A stretch of 64,000 bases of DNA, taken from assembly GCA_965226375.1 (NCBI GenBank), contig CBDDCX010000006.1, positions 544,001-608,000 on the forward strand, in the 5' to 3' direction. The translations under genes and the position numbers were made by a program. The notes under the pieces are model-generated. The model did no database searches. It saw only the letters and a program-made list of their open reading frames with translations, and had not been told where the DNA came from. The stretch is from Longimicrobiales bacterium. Lineage in GTDB: Bacteria; Gemmatimonadota; Gemmatimonadetes; Longimicrobiales; Gaopeijiaceae. This document shows positions 39,367-49,340 of this stretch, piece by piece (the stretch's first letter is position 1; each line of letters starts with the position of its first letter).

Positions 39367-40122
39367 GTGTCACCCCTCGACAACATCGTCGTCGTGCTGG
39401 ACCGACCCAAGGACGTCGTCAACATCGCCGGTGTCATTCGGGTCATGATGAACATGGGTCTGTCACGGCTCCGCCTGGTGGAGCCTGAAGAGTACGATAT
39501 CCATCGGATTACCGGCATCGCCCACCGCGGCGATGAGCTGGCGGAGTCTGCAGAAATATTTCCAACCCTCAGCGAGGCGCTGGCGGGCACGATCTTCACC
39601 GTAGGTACCAGCGCCCGTCCACGCACCGCCCAACGCAACTACCTCCGACCCCGGGCCGTGGCGCCCCGAGTGGCGGCGAGGGCCAGCGAGGGCCTCGTGG
39701 CGGTGGTCTTCGGCAGAGAGGATCGCGGCCTGACAAATGACGGTCTGGACCTCTGTGACGCGATCGCCATCGTACCCACAGCCGAGTACTCGAGTCTGAA
39801 CCTCGCGCAGGCGTGCCTCGTGATCTGCTACGAAATCCACCTCGCCATCGCAGACGATGCTCAGCTTCCGGGATACAAGCGAGACGTGGGGCCGGCCACT
39901 CACGAGGACCTGGAGGAGATGTACGCGGCCTTGGAGAAGGGATTCCACCGCATTGAGTTCTTCAAAGGAGACCGACATCCAGAGGGGGTCCTACGCACCC
40001 TTCGCACGCTCCTCTCACGCGCGGAGCCAGATCTTCGAGAAGCACGTCTCGTGAGGGCCATCGGTTACGAAATGCAACGTTATTTCGATAGGCCCGAGAC
40101 GCCTGAAGAGCCAACCAGCTAG
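39367..40122 (+). CDS. trmJ: SPOUT RNA methyltransferase, TrmJ/LasT family
   Basis: NIAGVIRVMMNMG, GTSAR, VFGREDRGLTN, YSSLNLAQA. Confidence 0.85.
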   Translation: MSPLDNIVVVLDRPKDVVNIAGVIRVMMNMGLSRLRLVEPEEYDIHRITGIAHRGDELAESAEIFPTLSEALAGTIFTVGTSARPRTAQRNYLRPRAVAPRVAARASEGLVAVVFGREDRGLTNDGLDLCDAIAIVPTAEYSSLNLAQACLVICYEIHLAIADDAQLPGYKRDVGPATHEDLEEMYAALEKGFHRIEFFKGDRHPEGVLRTLRTLLSRAEPDLREARLVRAIGYEMQRYFDRPETPEEPTS

Positions 40123-40214
40123 CCAGTTTTTTGTTGTACGTCCCGGCCATAGCTCATATGTTGGACTAATCGAATCCGCCGCGTATCCCGATACGCGGCT
40201 CTACTGGACGCCGC

Positions 40215-41705
40215 ATGCCATCTGCCGAGACGGGTACACGTACGCCTCTAGCTGAGCGCTATCGCGTTCTGCTGGATATCGGCCGTACCCTTACTGGCAC
40301 TCTCAGTCCCGAGGAGCTCTATCGGAGCATCTACCGGGAGACGGCCAGGGTCCTCGAGGCGGGTGGATTCTACATCTCTCTGTACGATAAAGAGGCTGAT
40401 ATCGCCACCGTGGTCTTCTACGCCGACCGAGGCGAGGAGAGCCGGTGCGACATTACCTACAAGGGCTCGGACAGCGGAGTGATTCGAGCCGGTAAATCGA
40501 CCACCGTCGAAGACCGGTTGAACGCCGAATCCGTCATGCTTCTGGGCGAAGAAGAGACCGATATCACTCGGTCGGCCATCTCGGCTCCCCTCATCTATGA
40601 GGGCGTGGTTAGGGGTGCTCTCAGCGCCCAGAGCTATCGCCCGAACGCATACGGGTCCGAAGACCTCGAACTCTTGGAGGGGATCGCATACCTCGCGGCA
40701 GTGGCCATCGAGAACGCGCGGCACGTTGCGGAGATGAAGCGGCGCTCCAACGAGGCGGAGAAGCTCGAGGAGATCGGACGGGCGCTCACCAGCTCTCTCG
40801 ACTTCGAAGAAGTCCTCAGTCGGGTCTCGGCCGCTGCCATGGATCTGCTCGATGCAGACGGCGCCGGGGTGTGGACCTTCGATCGGACCGTCGCAACGGT
40901 GACCAGCTCTGTGGGCCGCAACCAGGTTCCCTTAGGCTCCAGTTGGGATATGGATGGCCCGATCTACGAGACTCTGATTAAGGAAGGGCAGCCCTTCGCC
41001 ATCGATGACTTGGCGGCCAGCCCGTTGATTCCCGAACATATGAGAGAGTTCTTGAAGGGTGGGAGCGGATTGGCCATCCCTCTCGTGATCGGCGAACGCG
41101 TCGCGGGCGCCCTCGCGGTCGGGTCGAGAGAGACAAGAGGGTTTTCCGACTACGACACGGCTCTGCTCACACGCCTCGCGGGGCAGGCCTCCATTGCCTT
41201 GGACAACGCGGAACTGCACGCCAACATCCAGGCCCTGTCCCTGACCGACGTGTTGACGGGTCTCCCGAACCGAAGGCACCTCCAACTGCATCTGGAGCGA
41301 GAGGTGGCCGCCGCGCGAAGGGGACGGAGACTGGCCCTCGTGCTTTTCGACCTGGACGACTTCAAGCACTACAACGACACCTTGGGTCACCTTGTGGGTG
41401 ACCAGATCCTCCAAGCCTTCGGACGCGTCCTGGCCGATGAGAACCGCGCCATGAACCTCGTGGCTCGTTACGGCGGCGACGAATTCGTCTCGGTCCTCTC
41501 CGAGAGCGACGAGGACGGCGCGAAGGGCTATCTCGACAGGGTGGAGGCCCGGATCAAATCGGACCGCGTGCTTGCCCCGCATGGGGTGACGGTGAGCTCG
41601 GGCATCGCCCACTTCGAGACGAACCAGATGGTCGGAGTCGAGGAGCTCATTCAGTCCGCCGATCGGCACATGTACGAGCACAAAGAGCGCCCAAGGCGCC
41701 GGTAG
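40215..41705 (+). CDS. GAF-GAF-GGDEF diguanylate cyclase
   Basis: Two GAF-like domains, then DVLTGLPNRR, DLDDFKHYND..GH, and an intact RYGGDEF. Confidence 0.92.
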   Translation: MPSAETGTRTPLAERYRVLLDIGRTLTGTLSPEELYRSIYRETARVLEAGGFYISLYDKEADIATVVFYADRGEESRCDITYKGSDSGVIRAGKSTTVEDRLNAESVMLLGEEETDITRSAISAPLIYEGVVRGALSAQSYRPNAYGSEDLELLEGIAYLAAVAIENARHVAEMKRRSNEAEKLEEIGRALTSSLDFEEVLSRVSAAAMDLLDADGAGVWTFDRTVATVTSSVGRNQVPLGSSWDMDGPIYETLIKEGQPFAIDDLAASPLIPEHMREFLKGGSGLAIPLVIGERVAGALAVGSRETRGFSDYDTALLTRLAGQASIALDNAELHANIQALSLTDVLTGLPNRRHLQLHLEREVAAARRGRRLALVLFDLDDFKHYNDTLGHLVGDQILQAFGRVLADENRAMNLVARYGGDEFVSVLSESDEDGAKGYLDRVEARIKSDRVLAPHGVTVSSGIAHFETNQMVGVEELIQSADRHMYEHKERPRRR

Positions 41706-41707
41706 CT

Positions 41708-43015
41708 TCAGCCCACCGAAGCACTCTGTTTCGGGATCTCGACCTCGAACGTCTCCGGATCCACCATGGGCTGCCACACCTGGATGACCGGGAACGTGGA
41801 CAGGAACCACCGCACCGCATAGAGGAAAAGTCCCAGAAACATGAGGGTGACGAGGAATTCGGTCGCCCCGATGGTGGGCGTGTCGTGGTCCCGGATAGAC
41901 GGCGCCACCATGAGATGCTTCTCGAGCCAGAGACCAGCGAAGATCAGGAAGGTGACCGTGCGCAAGAACATGGGGTTCATCTTGGCCTTCCGCCCCATGA
42001 GCAGGGCAAAGGGCAGCACGAAGCACATCACGATCACCATGAGAGACAACTTGCCCCAGGGCTCCTCGGCCCGGTGAATGATCCAGGCTTGCTCCCAGGG
42101 CAGCTTTCCATACCAGATCACCAGATATTGGGCGAAGAACAGATAGGCCCAGAACACGCAGAAGGCGAAGGTCAGCTTACCCAGATCGTGGAGCTGCTGA
42201 CGCCCCATGGACTTGTCGAAATAATCGTCCCGCTTCTTGAGAAGGGTCACTGAACAGGCGGTTGCCGCAATGCCACTCCAGAACGCCCCCATGAAAAACC
42301 AGGGGCCCATCATGGTGGAGAACCAATGAGGCTCCAGTGACATGACCCAATCGTACGCCAGGATACTCATCACCACGGCGTATAGAATTACGAACACGGG
42401 TCCCAGCCGGGTCATGCGCCGATAGGCATGGACTTCCTCGGTCTCCTGGCCTCTCCACCCCTGGGTGAGACGCTCCTGCCAGACCGCCCGCGCGGCATCC
42501 TTGTCATCTTCGTCCTTCGCCAATCCCATATCGGGACGGAGCGCCATGTATGCGAAGTAAAGTGAGGTACCGAACAGGACCAGCACGCCCACAACGTTCC
42601 GAGTCACCAGGAACGGCATGTTGAGATATGCCGCCTTCTTCTGGAGGATAGGGTCGTGTGCCATCTCGGCGACCCAGGGGAAGAACGACTCACCGAGGCC
42701 CAACATGGGCAGAAGCATGACGAAGGAGATGGGAAGGAACGCCACGAAGGACAGGCTCACCCTACGCACCGACCAATTCCACTTCGACTTCGTGATCCAG
42801 GTCGCCACGGTGAGGAGCATCGCACCCATGGCCACGTTGGTGAAGAACAGCCAATTCGAGACATAGGACTGCCAGGCACGGTCCGCATCGTTGCTCAGAG
42901 CGAAGACAAAACCCGCCAGCCCCACCAAGAACATGCCCACGAAGATCATGTTCGCGTTCTTGGAACGAGGCAGATAGCGGATCGGAATCTCGACGGGAAC
43001 GTGAATGTGGCTCAT
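41708..43015 (-). CDS. actF: Alternative complex III subunit ActF
   Basis: Polytopic membrane protein with DWVMSLEPHWFST, HDLGKL.FAF and QYLVIWYG; fits its operon position. Confidence 0.88.
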   Translation of the reverse strand: MSHIHVPVEIPIRYLPRSKNANMIFVGMFLVGLAGFVFALSNDADRAWQSYVSNWLFFTNVAMGAMLLTVATWITKSKWNWSVRRVSLSFVAFLPISFVMLLPMLGLGESFFPWVAEMAHDPILQKKAAYLNMPFLVTRNVVGVLVLFGTSLYFAYMALRPDMGLAKDEDDKDAARAVWQERLTQGWRGQETEEVHAYRRMTRLGPVFVILYAVVMSILAYDWVMSLEPHWFSTMMGPWFFMGAFWSGIAATACSVTLLKKRDDYFDKSMGRQQLHDLGKLTFAFCVFWAYLFFAQYLVIWYGKLPWEQAWIIHRAEEPWGKLSLMVIVMCFVLPFALLMGRKAKMNPMFLRTVTFLIFAGLWLEKHLMVAPSIRDHDTPTIGATEFLVTLMFLGLFLYAVRWFLSTFPVIQVWQPMVDPETFEVEIPKQSASVG

Positions 43016-43629
43016 CGATCCTCCCCCACCGCCGGCTCATTCCCGGCCTGACGCTGCAGCACACGGACATAGTTCACGATGTTCCAACGATCGAAGTGGC
43101 TGACCTGGTGGCCGTACGGCGGCATCAGGCCGCGACCCACTCGCATGATCCCGTATATGTAGCCGTCGCTATACCCTGCAACCACCGGGCCCGACAGGTT
43201 GTACGCGATCAAAAGCGGGTACTTCTCGATGATATTGGCCTGTGCACCCACCCCGGCGGGACCATGGCACACGGCGCACATGCGATTGAATAACACCTCA
43301 CCGCGCGCCAACGAAGCCTCGTCGGCCGCGACCGGATTCGGCAGCGTCTGCACCAGGGGCTGGAAAAGATCCGCCTGGGTGAAGGGAGGTGCGTTGAATC
43401 CCCTCTCGGGCTGTCCCGTGTTCAAACGGCCCGGTCCGGGAGTAATGTTGCCCGCAGCGAACGGCACGCTGTTCGGCGGGGGATCAAGCGTGTTCTCGTA
43501 GGGGTCGAACGACCGCGAGTCACGCATGTGGCGACCGAAGATGCCCGCCATGACGTTGTCGAGGGGCGTGCAGGCGCTCGACGTAATGAGCAGAGCAAGG
43601 ACGGCTCCGAAGCGCGCGTTACGAAGCAT
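43012..43629 (-). CDS. actE: Alternative complex III monoheme cytochrome c lipoprotein ActE
   Basis: Lipobox ..SSAC, a single CAVCH, G.GLMPPY and RWNIVNYVR. Confidence 0.88.
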   Translation of the reverse strand: MLRNARFGAVLALLITSSACTPLDNVMAGIFGRHMRDSRSFDPYENTLDPPPNSVPFAAGNITPGPGRLNTGQPERGFNAPPFTQADLFQPLVQTLPNPVAADEASLARGEVLFNRMCAVCHGPAGVGAQANIIEKYPLLIAYNLSGPVVAGYSDGYIYGIMRVGRGLMPPYGHQVSHFDRWNIVNYVRVLQRQAGNEPAVGEDR

Positions 43630-44149
43630 GAGCCACTCCCGCGGGATCTTCCCGCAATTCGACAGGATCCTGCCCCTGCAGAATGCCGCGCGCCTCATCC
43701 AGTCGGTCTGGAGGGGCCGTCACGTACACCCCGAAGCGGCCTGCACTGAACTCCGGATCGTAGACCACCATGGGTTTCAAGTACGGAAGACGACTGTTGA
43801 TGAAGAGACCGATCACCGTCGAGAGTACTCCAAACAAGACCATCATCTCGAACGCAATGATCACGTATGCCGGTATGGAAAGGATCGGCTTGCCGCCGGT
43901 GACGAGAGGCCAGTCCATGGAGGTGAATGACGTGAAGGCGAAGCCTCCAGCCGCTCCGCAGAGTCCCCCGGCGAGCGTCCAGACCCTAACGGGGCTCTGG
44001 TCATAGCCCAAGGCGGCCTCGATATGGTGATCCGGATAAGGCATGTAAGCCGTGATCTTCTTGAGCCCCGTGGCCCGCAGTTTCTCGATGGCGTTCACTG
44101 CCGAATCCACGTACTCGTACGACGCCAGGATCCCCGTCGTGGCGCTCAT
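43619..44149 (-). CDS. actD: Alternative complex III subunit ActD (DUF3341)
   Basis: YMPYP.H.I..ALG, DWPLVTGGKP, FEMMVLF. Confidence 0.9.
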   Translation of the reverse strand: MSATTGILASYEYVDSAVNAIEKLRATGLKKITAYMPYPDHHIEAALGYDQSPVRVWTLAGGLCGAAGGFAFTSFTSMDWPLVTGGKPILSIPAYVIIAFEMMVLFGVLSTVIGLFINSRLPYLKPMVVYDPEFSAGRFGVYVTAPPDRLDEARGILQGQDPVELREDPAGVAHAS

Positions 44150-45537
44150 CCCTCACCTCCTTCCCCACCGGCGTGGGCAAGCGCGGCTGAACGCATTGGC
44201 GTAGGCAGCACCTCTTTCAACTCTGCGATGGCTACCACTGGCAGCAACCGCGTAAAGAGCAGGAACCAGAAGCCGAACCAGGCAAAGCTCCCCACCATGA
44301 TCCCCATCTCTACCACCGAAGGCCGGTACAGGCCCCATGCGAAGGGCTCGTACTCGTGGTGTAGCGAGGTGACGATGATCACGTAGCGTTCGAACCACAT
44401 TCCGATGTTGACGAAAATCGAGATCGTGAACAGGGCGGGTATGGAGTACCTCACCCGCTTGAACCAGAGCATGATCGGGACCAGTCCGTTACAAACCAGC
44501 ATGGTCCAGCTGGCCCACCAGTAGGGACCGAAGAGTCTGGCCCAGAAGGCGGCCCGCTCCACTTCCTCACCGCTGTACCACGCCATGAAGAACTCGGACG
44601 CGTAGGCGTAGAACACGATCATCGACGTCAGCAAGCAGAGCTTGGCCATGGCGTCGTAGTGTTTGGTCGTGAGGTACGCCTCGAGGCCAAACACCTTCCG
44701 GAGAGGGACAGTCAGGGTGATCACCATGGCGACGCCGGAGAAAATAGCGCCGGCCACGAAGTAGGGAGCGAAGATGGTGGTGTGCCACCCAGGCACGATC
44801 GCCACTGCAAAGTCCCACGAAACCACTGAGTGGACGGACAGGACCAGCGGTGTCGCCAAGGCGGCCAGAAAGATGTACGCCTTGCCGAAATGGTGCCATT
44901 CGCGGTCGGTACCACGCCATCCCAAAGAAATGACCTTGTAGAGCTTCTTCCTGAAGCCCGTTGCCGCGTCTCGGGCGGCGGCCAGGTCGGGAATCGTCCC
45001 CAGGTAGAAGAACATCGCCGACACCGTGAAATACGTGGTAACGGCAAAGACATCCCATACCAGGGGTGAACGGAAGTTCGGCCACAGGAACCGGCTGTTC
45101 GGATACGGAATCAGCCAGTAGGCATGCCAGACGCGTCCTACGTGGATGAGCGGAAACAGCCCCGCGGTCATGACCGCGAACACCGTCATGGCCTCGGCTG
45201 CCCGGTATATCGACTGCCGCCAAGGCGCCCGGAACAGGAACAGGATGGCCGAGATCAGAGTGCCCGAGTGGGCGATACCCACCCAAAACACGAAAGTGGT
45301 GATGTAGACTCCCCAGCCCACGGGACTGGTGAGGCCGGTGACGCCAATGCCCTGCACTATCTGAATGCTCCAGGAGACCGCCGCCACACCAATCCCTGTC
45401 ACCGCTATCCCGAGGAGTAGCCACCAGCCGAGACCCGGCTTACCGAGCGATACGAGGATGTCGCGATTGACCTGATCGAGCTTCTGCAGATCCGGGTGGG
45501 GTACCGCGCCCCTAGGCTCGTTGGTCGCGGTAGCCAT
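44146..45537 (-). CDS. actC: Alternative complex III quinol-oxidising subunit ActC (NrfD/PsrC family)
   Basis: FVFWVGIAHSGTLISAIL, RAAEAMT, SPLVWD, LSVHSVVSWDF, GWHTTIFAPYFVAGA. Confidence 0.93.
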   Translation of the reverse strand: MATATNEPRGAVPHPDLQKLDQVNRDILVSLGKPGLGWWLLLGIAVTGIGVAAVSWSIQIVQGIGVTGLTSPVGWGVYITTFVFWVGIAHSGTLISAILFLFRAPWRQSIYRAAEAMTVFAVMTAGLFPLIHVGRVWHAYWLIPYPNSRFLWPNFRSPLVWDVFAVTTYFTVSAMFFYLGTIPDLAAARDAATGFRKKLYKVISLGWRGTDREWHHFGKAYIFLAALATPLVLSVHSVVSWDFAVAIVPGWHTTIFAPYFVAGAIFSGVAMVITLTVPLRKVFGLEAYLTTKHYDAMAKLCLLTSMIVFYAYASEFFMAWYSGEEVERAAFWARLFGPYWWASWTMLVCNGLVPIMLWFKRVRYSIPALFTISIFVNIGMWFERYVIIVTSLHHEYEPFAWGLYRPSVVEMGIMVGSFAWFGFWFLLFTRLLPVVAIAELKEVLPTPMRSAALAHAGGEGGEG

Positions 45538-48500
45538 CAATGCTCCCCCGATTCCACGTCGTGGAACGTCACTTTTTTCAAGTAACTCACCGCTGGTTGC
45601 GTATTGACGAGCTCGTCCAGCACTCGGTAGACCCTCTCACTCCGGACCGACTGGGCCACCCGGGAGCGGGTGTCTCGGATGTTGCCGAAGACGATGGCCT
45701 CCGCCGGACAGCTCTGCTGACAGGCCGGCACGATCTCGCCGTCCTGTATCGTGCTTCCCTCGACGGCGGCGCGGTCCTGAGCGCCACGGATCCGATGGAT
45801 GCAGAACGAGCATTTCTCCATGATCCCGTTCTCGCGCACCGTCACATCGGGGTTGAAAGCCCAGTTCATGGGTTCGGGAGCGTGCCCCAGGCCCTCACGT
45901 ACCGGTTCTTCGTCCGTGAACGTGTACCAGTTGTAGACCCGGACCTTGTAGGGACAGTTGTTCAGGCAGTACCGCGTACCCACGCAGCGATTGTAGACCT
46001 GCGTATTGATCCCGTCCGGTGTGTGATAGGTGGCGAAAACCGGGCAGACGGGCTCGCAGGGCGCGTTGCCGCAGTGCTGGCAGATCATGGGCATGAAGCG
46101 CACGTCGAGCGGGCCGGCATGGCTCGCGTCCACCGCCTCGTAGTAGCGCTCCAGGCGAATCCACCCCATGTCGCGACCCATCGTCACCTGGCTCTCTCCG
46201 ACCCAGGCCACATTGTTCTCCGACTGACAGGCGACAACACACGCGCTGCACCCCGTGCACTTGTCGAGGTCGATGGTCATGGCCCACCGCGGCGTCTCGG
46301 GATCCCCGTACTCGCCGTGCTGGGCGCCTTCGAGCGGGAAGTCCTCGGGGCGGCCCTCCGTCTCGACCGGCACGAAGCCTCCGACGCCCTGAAGCTCACT
46401 CAGGGGCCCATGCGCGTCTTCCTCGTCAGCGCCCTCGGCCTCGCCCGTCAGCCCGGCCAAAGCCACGGCGGGGGTGATGGGACGGTTGCTCTGGACGTCC
46501 GAACCCGCGATGGAGGCCAGCTTCCGACGCTCACCCGTGGGCGTCACAGTGACCTTGGTGGCGAAATGAACCAAACCGCCCGACAGTGCCTCGGATTCGG
46601 CCGGCAGCAGATCGAGGGGATTCACACCGTTTCCGTCCGAGAAACGTCCCGCACCGTCGTGTCCACCACCCATGGGCATGGCGACCACGTTCTCGCGGAT
46701 GCCCGGGTAGGTCCACACCGGCACCTCTACGGCGCCGTGGTCGGTCGACAGAACCACCAAGTCTCCGTTTCGCAGCCCCATCGATTCCGCCCGGTCCGGA
46801 TGCATCTCCACCCATGAATGCCACGCGATCTTGCTGACAGGATCCGGCAACTCGTGCAGCCAGGGCCTGTTGGAATTCAGGGCGCCGTCACCGAAGCGCG
46901 ACGACGGGTACACCATGAGGTGAAGATCGCCACCGCCATCGAAGTCGGGTGGGTCGAAGACCAACGCCCGATCCGGCTGGCGAAGTTGTTCCGACACGCC
47001 CGTTACATTCGCGCTGAGGTCCACCACACCGGTCTTGAGCGCCTCATGCCAAAACGTCTCGAAGTCGGTCGTACCGGTCGAGGCGGCTACCGTTTGCCAG
47101 CGCGAACGGAGTCGGTCGTAGAAGGTCTCAGATCCGAGGTCCTGTCCCATCCGGGACGCGACCGACAAGAGCACATCGCCGGCCTGTTTGGTATCGAAGT
47201 GGGGCACCGGCTGCATGGCGGGCTGCTGTAGGCCCCACAGGCCCGGCCGGACGGCGGAGTCACCCCAAGACTCCAGGAAGTGCCGGTCCGGGAGAATCAG
47301 GTCCGCCAGGGCGGTAGTCTCGTCCGGGGCCAACGCGAAGGAGACCTTGAACGGCACGCTCTCGAAGGCCTCACGGAGCCCTGAAGACGCGGGTACCGAG
47401 TAGATCGGATTGCTGGCATGGACCATCAGGGCTCCGACAGAGCCCTGCCCGATCAGCTGAATCACCCGCTCTACCCCACCATACCCGAATGCGGGAGCGT
47501 TGAGCTGGGGCGAGTGGTAGTGCAGGGTCCGACCCACATTCCCCGCCACCGAGTTCAGGACCGCCACCGCGAGGTTGGCAGCCGTGGCATTCCGGTGCTG
47601 TCCGGCAACGCCGGGACCGACGGCCAGGCTGGGTCCCTCTTCCGAAAAGCGAATGGCCAACTCGCGGATGCTCTCGGCAGAGATGCCGGTGGCGTCCGCC
47701 ACGTTCTCGGGGGTATAGGCGTTGACGATATCCCGGTAGGGGCCAGCTCCCGCGCCGGCGCCCGAGATCACGTTGGTCATGGCGAGAGCAACCAAGGCCT
47801 CGCTGCCCGGTTGGATCGGGAGCCACTCGTCGGCATTCTGCCCCGTTAGCGAAAGGCGTGACCCGACGAACACGAAGCGACCCTTGCCGCCCTGCGTGTC
47901 GACGCCGCTCATGCGTGCGAACCCTCGGGCATCGCGCACCGGCGAGACCCAACTCTCGAGGAAGTCGGCCCCGAACGAGACGAGCAGGCGGGCCTCCTCG
48001 ATGTCGTACCACGGGATCACGTTCCTCCCGAAGGCGATGCGGCCCGCCTCCCGGAGGGGCGCGTCGGCCAGGGGGTCGAAGCGGACCACACCTCCACCCG
48101 TGGACCCGGCGAACTCCTCGAAGAGCGTCATGAGCGACGGTCCGGTGAGGCCCGTCAGCGTGAGGTGCTGCCCGGCCGACCCAAGACCATCGGCCAGCCT
48201 CTGCTCGGCCTCGTCCCACGAGATGGGTTGCAGCTGACCGTTTTGCCGAACCATGGGCCCGGTGAAGCGGTCGGGGTTGTAGAGTCCCTGTATGCTCGAG
48301 TGTCCTCTCGCGCAAAGGGCTCCGCCCGAGACGGGGTGGTCGGGATTCCCCTCGACCTTCACGACTCGGCCCTCTCTGGTGCGGACCCAGATTCCGCAGC
48401 CCGCCTCACATTCGCCACACACCGAAGCGTACCAGGTGGCAACGCCGGGAGTGATCTCCTCTGGCGGCACCACGTACGGAATCAGGCGCTCGACACTCTC

Positions 48501-48584
48501 CGTCGAGCAGCCCACCATACCGGCCCCCGCTCCGCTGACGCTCAGAACCTTGAGGAACTCGCGTCTCTTCAATCCGTCACTCAT
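45537..48584 (-). CDS. actB: Alternative complex III subunit ActB (molybdopterin-oxidoreductase-like plus Fe-S domain)
   Basis: Tat motif LKRREFLK followed by Cys, KVEGNPDHP, and Fe-S motifs CTGCSACVVAC, CQHC..APC..VCP, CVGTRYC..NCP, EKCSFC. Confidence 0.93.
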   Translation of the reverse strand: MSDGLKRREFLKVLSVSGAGAGMVGCSTESVERLIPYVVPPEEITPGVATWYASVCGECEAGCGIWVRTREGRVVKVEGNPDHPVSGGALCARGHSSIQGLYNPDRFTGPMVRQNGQLQPISWDEAEQRLADGLGSAGQHLTLTGLTGPSLMTLFEEFAGSTGGGVVRFDPLADAPLREAGRIAFGRNVIPWYDIEEARLLVSFGADFLESWVSPVRDARGFARMSGVDTQGGKGRFVFVGSRLSLTGQNADEWLPIQPGSEALVALAMTNVISGAGAGAGPYRDIVNAYTPENVADATGISAESIRELAIRFSEEGPSLAVGPGVAGQHRNATAANLAVAVLNSVAGNVGRTLHYHSPQLNAPAFGYGGVERVIQLIGQGSVGALMVHASNPIYSVPASSGLREAFESVPFKVSFALAPDETTALADLILPDRHFLESWGDSAVRPGLWGLQQPAMQPVPHFDTKQAGDVLLSVASRMGQDLGSETFYDRLRSRWQTVAASTGTTDFETFWHEALKTGVVDLSANVTGVSEQLRQPDRALVFDPPDFDGGGDLHLMVYPSSRFGDGALNSNRPWLHELPDPVSKIAWHSWVEMHPDRAESMGLRNGDLVVLSTDHGAVEVPVWTYPGIRENVVAMPMGGGHDGAGRFSDGNGVNPLDLLPAESEALSGGLVHFATKVTVTPTGERRKLASIAGSDVQSNRPITPAVALAGLTGEAEGADEEDAHGPLSELQGVGGFVPVETEGRPEDFPLEGAQHGEYGDPETPRWAMTIDLDKCTGCSACVVACQSENNVAWVGESQVTMGRDMGWIRLERYYEAVDASHAGPLDVRFMPMICQHCGNAPCEPVCPVFATYHTPDGINTQVYNRCVGTRYCLNNCPYKVRVYNWYTFTDEEPVREGLGHAPEPMNWAFNPDVTVRENGIMEKCSFCIHRIRGAQDRAAVEGSTIQDGEIVPACQQSCPAEAIVFGNIRDTRSRVAQSVRSERVYRVLDELVNTQPAVSYLKKVTFHDVESGEH

Positions 48585-48600
48585 CGACTTGGTCCTGGCA

Positions 48601-49152
48601 TCAGTAGTGGCAAACGGAGCAGTCCCTCGAAACGCCGCGCTCGACGTGGCAGGTCACGCACCATCCCATGGCAAGCGGCTGATTGACCTCCTCTAGGACA
48701 CCCATCTCTTGCACCGGCCCATGGCATTCGGCGCAATCGACTTCAGCGGCGACATGCCTCATGTGCGGGAAGTGGACGTGATCGGCAACCTTATATATGC
48801 GAACCCATGGAATGGGCTCCTGGTTGGTCCAGTATTCGCGAACCTTCGCGATTTCAGCCTGCTGCCGCTCGTCGGTTCCACCGATGATCTGATGACACCC
48901 TATGCAGGTTCTGACGGGCGGAATCCCCGCGTCCACCGATCGTTCCGCCGAGAAGTGGCAATACTGGCAGTCGATCCGGTCTATTCCGGCATGAATGTCA
49001 TGAGGAAAAGCGATCGGCTGAACGACGTCGGCGGTCGCCCCGCTTGTCGCGTCAGACTCCGGCGCCGCACTGCTGTCCTGGGTCTGGACGAACGCCAAAG
49101 TACCCAGGGTTGCGAGCGCGACGATCGATGCAGCGATCCATCGCTTCGTCAT
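48601..49152 (-). CDS. actA: Alternative complex III pentaheme cytochrome c ActA
   Basis: QPIAFPH..H and five CxxCH motifs (CQYCH, CIGCH, CAECH, CVTCH, CSVCH). Confidence 0.92.
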   Translation of the reverse strand: MTKRWIAASIVALATLGTLAFVQTQDSSAAPESDATSGATADVVQPIAFPHDIHAGIDRIDCQYCHFSAERSVDAGIPPVRTCIGCHQIIGGTDERQQAEIAKVREYWTNQEPIPWVRIYKVADHVHFPHMRHVAAEVDCAECHGPVQEMGVLEEVNQPLAMGWCVTCHVERGVSRDCSVCHY

Positions 49153-49340
49153 AGGCCCTGCCGCCCGGAGAAGGTGGTGGGTGGGAGCAAGAGTTGTCTG
49201 TTTGAAACGGCAGGAACCTACCGGAGCCTCAGGGTGGTGTCAACGCTGTACCAGCCGCCAAAAAGAACCTTTTTCTCCGCGTGAGTGTTATACTTTTTCC
49301 TTCTAGAAAAGGCCTCGGAGAACCCGGACCGGAGTAGGAT

